A stretch of DNA of 64,000 nucleotides from NCBI GenBank assembly GCA_043228905.1, contig JBHGNT010000007.1, positions 4,464,001 to 4,528,000 of the forward strand, in the 5' to 3' direction. How positions within the stretch are numbered: the stretch's first letter is position 1; every line of letters begins with the position of its first letter. This DNA comes from Azolla caroliniana (Eukaryota; Plantae; Polypodiophyta). The position numbers and the translations under genes are program-made. The notes beneath the pieces were generated by a model. It was not told the origin of the DNA. It ran no database searches and worked only from the letters and a program-made list of their open reading frames with translations. This document shows, piece after piece, positions 52,162-64,000 of the stretch.

Positions 52162-55100
52162 CAATGGAACCGATAAAATGTTAGTCAACCCCTTACGAAG
52201 CACATGTGACGTATCGTGCCCATCAAGTTTCGAACCTCGATCTTCTCCTCCGTTTCATACATCATGCTTTTTTTGGCATGGACATACCCTAGAAGCAAAC
52301 AAGTTTTTATTCAAGGGAAGATCGGAGAGAAGTATGGGAAATGGTTTGGGGAAAGAGCATGGGATTATGTGGAATTGATGATGCCCAAAGGTGATGAAGT
52401 GAAAACTGAATGCTTTTATTACTTCAATATATAATGAAGTGAAATCTGAATACTTTCATTACTTGAAAAAATAATGAAATTTACATTACTTGAATGATAA
52501 CACTTCAATTATCTCAAGAATGTAAGATGACTTAACTTACACATCTCATGCCTAGGACAAGTTCCAAAATTAGGTAAGTCCATGGACATTAAAAATTGGA
52601 TGCAATATTATAATGTCCATTGTAGAAACCCTAGCATGTATTATAATAGCCTTGAGTCAACAAACCATTGTATAATTCATGTGCAGCCAATCAATGCTTA
52701 TTCTACATATTGTCTCATGACTTGTAGAAACCCTAGCATGTATTATATGTTCACAAGATATAATCACTTATTCCAATATTATTATAGAGTGCAACAAATA
52801 TTGTATGTTTCATTTGCATACAGTTATCAATTCTTATTCTAATGTAACGTTGGGGACAAGGAAGTTAATGAAGAAAATTGAGATGTGACAGACTCTTCAA
52901 CAAGAAAGTTGAAGCAAAACAAAACAAAACAATTATAATAAAAATCATTTGGCTTCATTAACTTCCCTTAGTAATACGAGTTTCCCCTAAAGACTCCATC
53001 ACACTTGCCATCCTCTTTCTTTATTTAGTTAGCGGGGTCCTCAAAAGAGAACGAAGGCCAGCTTCTAGGCGGTGACACACAATGTGATCATTTCCTTATT
53101 ATTTTTCTCACCATCGTTTTCAGCTCAATATCTTGTCTGCCAAATGTTAAAACCCCACTTTTTCAGTTGTGATTGTATGACATATATTGCTACATTGTGT
53201 AACATATGAAATTCAATCATTACAAGGCCACCATTCAGTAATAAAAAAATATTACCATGTAGTTTCTTGGGAAAGCCATTTATTTATTGTTATGTTGCAT
53301 TATCCATGGAGATGTAATTTGTGTGTGGATAAAGTTTTAGAATGGAAAGTCGAATACGAAAATGAAAGCGTAGCACCTCATATTGTTCTTTCACATAACA
53401 TATGTATGCAATCATTATGCTTTGAAAAAATATAATATTTGAATAATTTTCTTCTTGAAAGTCTACCCTGAACTAATTAAATTAAATCACGATATCTTTA
53501 TGAAAGGTGAGTTTTGTTATTTCTTCCTTTTCAATTGAAAGAGTCTTGAAGTTTAACATTCCAGGGGCATATGAGATATTGTTCTTGTTTGTTATAATTG
53601 TCCTTCCTTTGCAAGACGATATCTCCATCTAATCTTGTACTTAACAAAGTGCATTTAACTTGCAAGGCCTTTTTGCCAATGTTGACGTTGACATTGGTAC
53701 TAAAGAGACAAGTATATAGGCATGATAAAAGAGCCAAGAAAGACAAAAACGAAGAACCAAAGAACTTGTGGGCACCATACTGTGAAAGGACCTAAATAAT
53801 GTTAAAGCCTATAAAGGTCACTTTGAGCCACAACCTTAACTTGCTTCTCTCCATTTTTCCAGTTTTTTGTAATTGTATTAATAACAAATGTATTAACTAC
53901 AATGGATGGGGTGCTAAATCAAGTGAACCAAACCCAGTTCCAAACTATATCCCTTATCACTTAATTCCTTTGGATAGACCTATTCAGTCATGTTACCTTA
54001 GAGCCAATGCAAATGGTGGACATGATTTCCTAATCTTGCCATAAAACTTGATCTCATCTTAAACCTTGAGGTCAAACCTTAAGGTTCCATCTTAAGTGTT
54101 TGAGCTTTACCTTGTGAACATGGTTGGTTTTCTAGTCATTAGTAAGAGTTCCTTGTGGTTAATGATTTCTTTTGTTGCCTTCTATTTAGTTAACAGAATT
54201 ATTAGACGTGAACGCATAGGGTAAGGCTCTTGCATTCATGTGTTTCTCATTGTTTAATAGTGTTATAATGAATTTCGGAATATGGTTCATCGAGTGAGTT
54301 AGTTCGCTTTGTCAGCGCACTTGAGAATGGTGGACACATGGACACCCTCACTTGCTTCTCTCGCCAACAATAGGGTGTTTGCCCATGGAAACTCTGTAGC
54401 AATGAATCGACAAAATATATATGCCCTCATATGTTAATGGACCAACCTTTTTACTTGACATTTGGCATCACTATATGACGTCTTGTGGGCATAAAATAGG
54501 GGTCAAGATTTTTGTAAGAATAGGGCATATGTAACACTACTTGAGAAAGAATCCATGACAAATAATGCTAAAGTTTTTATTAGTGTGGTCATGTTTTGGC
54601 TTTTTTCATTGTCATTAGCATTTGATAGTTAATATTAGGGTTAATTACTTATTTGTGTTTTTATGTGTTAAAATTTCCATAAACTTGGGTAAATCACACA
54701 TAAAAAGGTAGTGCCAAAGTATCTAGGGCACAAAGGATGCACACAATGACATCAAAGTGGTTCTAACAAGTCCTTCGAGTTTATGAGCTTGTTCTTGAGG
54801 TGATCGTGTGGGTTCTTTGACGAGGATGTACATAGTCAAAAGGTCAGAAATCATAACACTAGGTGCAAAATAGGAAGAATAATGCTCTTTAATACAAGGA
54901 GTACTACTATAAGATCAAAACAATTTTTGGCCAACTAGATAATTGAGATGAATAGGAGGGTAAGGAGTCACAACCATACCATGCAATAGATATATAGCAT
55001 AGAGAAGGTTTTAATCCAATTTAATCATGTTTCTACAATGTTTTAAGCTAAGAAATTATTAAATGGTTTGAGTTCATTGTGTGCTAATCAATATATTGCT

Positions 55101-55913
55101 TGGATTGTTTGTGTATGATCATCAAAGTCAGTTGATCTACGTTAATGGCACATTCAACGTTATCGATGGCTTGTGTGCTATACTCAACTATGTATGGCTG
55201 TAATAGATCAGGAAAAGAGGTCACATCGATCACTAAATGAGGTGTATTTGTGGCCTTAATCATGATATTCATTCTGACGATGACTTTGGTGAAATTCCAA
55301 CAAATTGTTGACAAATAAATATTTGACCCCTCCATCAAAGTAGGTAGACTAGGCCACGTAGGGAGAGGACCGAGATACAAACCTAAGGCAAGACATGGCA
55401 AGGCGAAATAAGAGTCACAATGAAAGGAAATGGAGTCGACTAACTAAGAGTCAATATACATATTAGAGAGGCACAATCCGACACAACACCACACCCTTCT
55501 AATCTTAGTTTTCATGCACTTAGGAACCTCGAAAGGAAATGTAATTGACTAACTAGAGTCAATATGAGTATTAGATAGGACAAACCTACATAGCACCACA
55601 CCCGTCTAATCTTAGTTTTCATGCGAGCATTTCATTTCCTTGTTCGTTTCAGAGGGGGGGAAGGAAAAACCATAACAAAACGGACATTACATCTGGAATT
55701 CATTCATCCCAACCGAAGAAGCCCACATATGTCAATAATTTTCCGGTAGCAATAACACGAATCACAGTAGTAGGCACATCGGATTCACTAAATGGCGAGT
55801 GAGTGTTTGTTTGGGTGGAAGAACTGAACCCTCAGTCAGGGTTGGTCACGGGGATGAGAGCAAAGGTGATCGAGAAGAAATAGCATGCAAAAAGGGGCCA
55901 TTACCATTACATT

Positions 55914-56300
55914 CATTTCTGTAACGAAGGAAAAATGTGAAGAGGGGGGGGCATTTCTGTAATTAAAGGAGAATGGGAAGAGGGGTATGTTTGTAATTAA
56001 AGGAAAAATGTGAAGAGGGGGGGCATTTCTGTAATTAAAGGAGAATGGGAAGAGGGGTATGTTTGTAATTAATGGAAAATGTGAAGAAGGACATTTTTGT
56101 AATTAAAGGAGAATGGGAAGAGGGGTATGTTTGTAATTAAAGGAAAATCTGAAGAGGGACATTTTTGTAATTAAAGGAGAATGGGAAGAGGGGTATGTTT
56201 GTAATTAAAGGAAAAATGTGAAGAGGGGGGCATTTCTGTAATTAAAGGAGAATGGGAAGAGGGGTATATTTGTAATTAAAGGAAGATGTGAAGAGGGGCA
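55914..56300. repeat. Purine-rich minisatellite, 11 alternating ~34-38 bp subunits (~70-bp dimer)
   Basis: Alternating gtaattaaaggaaaaatgtgaagaggggggcatttct and gtaattaaaggagaatgggaagaggggtatgttt; ends about 70 bp before the ataxin-10 ATG. Confidence 0.93.
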
Positions 56301-56371
56301 TCGGTGGAATTTAATGGAAACTCTCAGAAGGCGTGAAAAAATTGTTGGTAAACTGATGGTGTGCAGGATCC

Positions 56372-59052
56372 ATGGCTTCTGAAACCCTAAAAAAAATGGA
56401 AGCATCTGCAGCAGCAGCAGCAGCAGAAGAAGAAGAAGAAGAAGAAGAAGAAGAAGAGGGAGAAACAGAAGAAACACAGAGGCTCTTCCTCCTCCTCCTC
56501 TCACCACAGGAAGAAGAAGAAGGATTTCCTGCTTTGTCTTCTTCTTCTTCTTCTTCTCCATTTGTTCTTCACCGTTTGATCCATCTGTCCCGTTCTCCTT
56601 CGCAACGTGCTTTCCTAGCTGCCCGCCATGCAGTACCCCGTCTTCTTCCTCTCTTAACCCTAAATCTCTCTCGTTTTCACACCCTTATCTTGCTCCTCAA
56701 GCTACTGAGAAACCTCTGTGCAGCCGAACCCTCGAATCAGCAATCTTTCTTGGATAGCGATGGTGTCTCTTGTATATCTTTCATCATCACAGAAATCCTC
56801 AAAGGAAAAGAAGGAAAAGCAAAAGCAAAACAAGGACCAAGTAATGAAGAAGATAACGTTCATGTTCAAGAAGGAAACGTGAAGGCAGAAGAAGAAAATG
56901 AAAATGAAGAATTATTTTGCTCTGCTCTTAAAATATCTTTGCAGCTTCTCGGGAATGTGTGTGCAGCAGGGGAAGCTCAAAGGGAAGCTGTTTGGATTTG
57001 TTTCTTCCCTACCAAGCTTCGAACTCTTGTCTCAATAGTGAAAGAATATGGTAAATTAACTGTTATAGACCCACTTTGTATGATTATCTACACATGTAGC
57101 TATGGAGTTAGAGACAGATTAATGGATTTGTGCCATGGAGAAGGAGCTATGCTTGTCTTTGATTGCATTGGATCCTTCAATGGAGATGATGGTAAGTCTT
57201 TTCTTTATCCTTATTCCGTGTTAAGTTTTCTTTTCTTTTTGTGAAAAAATGGGCTTGTTCATGGTTTTGTGTTCATCAAAGCAGTGAGGTTTAACGCTGT
57301 AGGTTGTTTTATGACCTTGTCATCCCATGTGAGATAATGTTATGGTTGGTCTTATTACCCATTGAGCCGCTGCCAATAATTGGTTGTATTGCCATGTTTT
57401 ATGTCCCAGCTAATCAATGATTGATCTGATTATTGTGTCATGCCTTGTGAGAGAATGCCGTATCTGGTTTTGTGACCATGCCATTAATGCGAGTATGATT
57501 GGTCGTGACTTACCATGCCATCCATTTAAATTAATCCATGGTTGGATGTACTATTTCCATGGGAGTTAATGCCATTGATAATGTTATTGCCATCTAAGGT
57601 AATACCATGGATGGTCTTATTACTATTTGTGCTAATGAAATAGCTAATCTATTAATGGATTTTGCTTGTATGTGTATTATTTGTGGGCAACCAAATACAT
57701 TGGGAATGTCCACTTATGGGCAGTTATGAAGACACTTTTCATTACTCCAGAATGAAGAGATCTTCTGGTTAAAAAAGAGTTTTTTTTATCTGGTTCAATA
57801 TTTATACTGATTTTGACGGTTTCTTTTTACATTGTCTTAAGCATATATCTCAATGTTGTTTTAAGAGGGGTCTGAATCTTATTCATATGCATTTCCAATG
57901 TGACAGATTCATGGATAATTTTCATGTGAAATCACTTCATGTGGAACAATAGCTTGGCTCCATAGCTTCATGTCTAATGTCATGAGCTGTTGCAATGAGA
58001 ATTTAATGCCATGGTCCATTATAAAATGTGAGGAATGAATGCATTCAGATGTGTCAGAGATTTTGGCTGAGCATTAGATTCTCGCTTGCTTTTGAGGGTT
58101 AATATTTATGTGTTAAAAATATTTATGTGCTAATGTATCAGGTGCTTCAAGTCATTGGATATCTTCCCTCTTGTTCGAGTTATGCCTCCAAGAGCCCCTG
58201 CTCCCTCGCCTCTTCACACATTTGGGTCATTCTCATAGGCTGTCTTCCGGTACAACAGAATTCTCTGAAAACCAATCAAAGATTTCTTTTTGCACTGAAC
58301 AAGTGATTCTATTGGGCTATGTGGTGGATCTTCTTGAAGATGAGCTAAAGGAAGATACATTTGTGACCGATGAAATGCAACTTCCTTTGCCAAGAGAGAC
58401 AATACTATACTTGAAAGATTTGATACAAGTTTCTTCAAAAGAGCTACAATGTGAAAATATTCATGGGATGAGTCCTTCCATGGTTGATGTATTACGAAAG
58501 TCTCTTGAACTTTTCAAAATCCTCGTTGCATGTGAACATGGGTTTAGGTATTCAATAGCAACCGAGCTTTTGTCCATTGGGTTCATTAGGTTATGCTTAG
58601 AGCTTCTCAAAGACCTCGGACCACCAGAGCTTATTCAAAACGCAATAGAAAAGCATGGTGAAGCTGAATGGACAACAAGAAATGGTCGTTTAAACTTGTC
58701 CACAAGTAATAATCCCTATAAAGGATATCGTAAGGATATTGTAGCAATAGTTGCAAATGTATCATACAAGAATCGGTTTGTACAAGATGAGATTCGGAGC
58801 CTTGGAGGGCTTCCTCTCATCCTACAACAATGTGTTATTGATGAGGAAAACCCATTTTTGAGGGAATGGGGCTTCTGGGCAGTTCGGAACCTTTTGGATG
58901 ATAATTTGGATAATGTGAAAGAAATCTCAGAAATGCAGTTGAAAGGGTTGGTAACCCCTGTCGAGTTGGAGCAAAGAGGGTATAAGGTGGAGATGGATCA
59001 AGCGATTGGGAGGCCAAAGCTGGTTAATGTGTCTTCTTTGAAAGAAGGCTAA
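56372..59052 (+). CDS. ATXN10: Ataxin-10 homolog (ARM-repeat; MEE50-like); 2 exons
   Basis: join(56372..57191,58142..59052), GT-AG phase 1. Motifs LKLLRNLCA.EPSNQ, LQLLGNV and C-terminal GYRKDIVAIVAN..VQDEIR..GGLPLILQQCVIDEENPFLREWG.WAVRNLL. Confidence 0.92.
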
Positions 59053-59847
59053 AAAGAATGAACCATACTGATACATAAATCAATTAATACGAAAGGAAAT
59101 AATGACTAAAAGTCTGTTTTATCAGATACTCTGGGGTAATGTAATTGTGTACAGTTTAAACACATTTTTTGTATCCTAGATTGACTTTTCCTCACAAGAT
59201 TACATAGTCATTTTTTCCACCGGTTATTGTTCTTGATCATCTTTGTGATGCTTTATGGAATTCTTTTTATTCATTAGTTATCTTCTGTTCAATTAAGAGC
59301 AAGAAGAGTGTATAAATGACACCGATTTGTTAACATGAGGCAAGAATAGAGTATTTCACCAGAGAGAGTATATATTATTGTCTTTAGAGGTTGAATATTA
59401 TATAGGAGACTAAAAATATAATGTTTTCATCTAATACACATGAAAGTGAGAAGTGACTTGATCTCCAAGCCCCAAGGTCAGATGAATATTCCAATTGAGA
59501 GTGCACATTTTGATTCTTGTAAGGATTGGGTTGGTTCAAATATGTGGAAGGCGTAATTGAATGTGATCTAAGCCATTGTATCAAAGTATGATATGCATGA
59601 AATATGTTTACTAGAAACTGAAAGTATGAGACATCGTTGTTTTACAAATATGGTTGAATTTATGCCATCAAGACTCAAACAAGATTTAACACACAATGGT
59701 TTTTGAAAGCTCCATGATCATAAACTTCTTTCCATAATCATAATCTTAACTCATGGTGGAATGATTTTAGACATGGTTTGCAAGCATGAAGTACGCAACT
59801 AATATGTATTAGTGGTGACAGATTGAACTGACACAAAGCTAGGACAA

Positions 59848-60717
59848 GTTTTAATAAGTGCATTTGGGTGATAGCAGGCATGGTCAGCAATGATATCCAA
59901 GATTTGGTGATAGTATCCCCATGTTTTAATAAGTGCATTTGCGTGATAGCAGGCATTGTCAGCAATGATATCCAAGATTTGGTGATAGTATCCCCATGTG
60001 CCTTACGTCCTCCTGGGGTGGGTGATTTGGTATGTAAATATCTGTGAGAATGTTACCAGTGACTCTATCTGTGTGAACAAGTAGAGTTGTGACATTGATC
60101 TTGAACACAAGTAGAGAGAGAGGGAGGGAGCTTGTTAAACACAAGCAATTGTGAGTTTTTAAAATATGAGGTGAAGGCATGAAAAGATAAAAATCTTAAC
60201 TTAACCATACACTTGATGCTGCTCTAGCTTTTGCTTCTGATCGTATTGACATGCACATATTACACAAAAGCATGAGATAGATTATCTGATCTCTAGCTAG
60301 ATAAGTGTATCCCAAATCAATACTTAAATTGATCATATCCAAGACTTCAAGATGATGCAACATTATATTTTTGCTGATGGCCAGATTTCCAAGTAGAGTT
60401 GTGACATTGGTGTTGAACACTAGAGAGAGAGAGAGGGAGTGAGGGCATGAAAAGATAACAATGTTAACTGAAACTTGAACACTAGAGAGAGAGAGGGAGT
60501 GAGGGCATGAAAAGATAACAATGTTAACTGAAACATACACTTGATACTGCACTAGCTTTTGCTTCTGATCGTATTGACATGCACATATTACACAAAAGCA
60601 TGAGATAGATTATGTGATCTCTAGCTAGATAAGTGTATCCAAAATCATACTTAAATTGATCATATCCAAGACTTCAAGATGATGCCAAGTTATATTTTGC
60701 TGATGGCCAGATTTCCG
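59848..60717. repeat. Nested local duplications between the ATXN10 and DPM1 3' ends
   Basis: A ~78-bp unit is duplicated at about 59848-59999; a ~215-bp block at about 60175-60390 recurs at about 60503-60717. Confidence 0.85.
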
Positions 60718-60984
60718 AAGTAAAATTAAATTAGAGCAATTTCTTTCACATCCCTCTGTTGTTTGTTCTGACACTTTGACAGGTAAACCCTCTTTTTTCC
60801 TCACCTTTGAGAGTTGCCCTCTTTATCTTTTGACTTGAATGAATTTCATTTTAAATTTTCATGTGGTGTTTAACTGATGAGGGTGATTTTGTTTCACTGG
60901 ATATTTTATTTGAGAAAATAAGGATGAATTCACTTCAACCGTCAGATATTTTAAAAAAGTGAAGAAGTTAATGGGAAATGGAAT

Positions 60985-63028
<2,044 letters not shown>

Positions 63029-64000
63029 ACCTAAATATATAAGGCTAGATAAGATGATAAAATCAAAATAACAAGTCAATTTATGAGCACATACAAAGAT
63101 GGACATATATAAATTAGTATCTAATACAATTACCTACTTTCTGTTGGAATAAATATGTAAAAATTATGTCCTCTAATTTATTTAGCCTAGTTACGTCCAC
63201 AAGGGAAGACCCTACATATGTGCATCGAACAATATCTTCATGGAGATGCAGATATTGTCGAACTTGCTTTGGCTGTATATCCGTGGGTGGAGTTCACTCA
63301 ATTTGATTCCAAACTAGGCAACCCAATAGTTGTCTGTTCCGAATTTGGGTGGTCCAACTGAAGAAGTGCTTCTCAAGGAGCCAACCATCTGAATGTGGGT
63401 ACATGATAAGGTATCTACTTTGTATATGTAATAAAGTGTGAACCATGCAATTGAAACTCGTTCATATGGCAGAGCTGAGAACACATCATCCAAAAAAATC
63501 CCTCCACCCAGATGAAATGTACGTAGAAATCTTTAACAAGGAAGCATGTATCTTATCAGAAATCTCCAAACCCAGTTGGAAAGCTCCCCTAGCCATACTA
63601 TAGTGCAGCGAAATGAATTCTGTATCCAAGAGGGAGAGCATCAAGACATTATAAGTCAGTTGAACACTGAGACCCTTGTGATCCTGCACTTTGAAAATAC
63701 ATGTGTAATTTAATGTCCTCCCACCCCTGTAAAAATCTACATGAAGAATAGCAATCATTGACATGAGTCTCTTTCAGGCTAAAGCACCTCATAGAAGCAA
63801 AAAATATTAGTCGAGATACAAGGGTCTTTTTCCTATTCACATATGGTCAGATTACAGTATCGATCAAAATCTTACAGTACGAATACAAACCACTAAGCCA
63901 ACTCCCCTGGCCCTGAGATACAATGTTATTTAACAAATCTGCTGTGACTAGTCATGGACAACATCGTGATGGACTACTATTTTATACAATGAATTGAATG

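Noticed and set aside
63134-63388. Long frame interrupted by a single TGA and in phase with DPM1 (readthrough or selenocysteine?)
   Set aside because: No recognisable homology or in-frame start, and land plants lack Sec machinery; better read as 5' UTR.

Overview
AT-rich eukaryotic nuclear DNA from a land plant. A seed-free plant such as a fern is my inference from gene content and retroelement types; the species cannot be fixed from the sequence. I built eight protein-coding gene models by hand from splice signals and frame continuity: an EDR4/DUF3133-like C-terminal-domain protein, an intronless TDA3-like FAD oxidoreductase, a BAH-PHD reader (EBS/SHL), a divergent TANGLED-like protein, a 13-exon gene fusing a NudC-type NADH pyrophosphatase to a PHPT1/Janus phosphohistidine-phosphatase domain, an At5g23160-like membrane protein, ataxin-10 and DPM1. 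The intergenic block at about 26-36.6 kb holds a decayed L1-type LINE with a nested solo LTR, further LINE 3' fragments and a MITE-like element. Two observations stand out. (1) The transit-peptide-bearing NudC-PHPT1 fusion retains both catalytic motif sets. (2) A six-unit tandem array derived from the 5' end of 18S rRNA sits antisense in an EBS intron, flanked by a 15-bp duplication of the splice donor. All homology calls come from remembered motifs; no database search was run.
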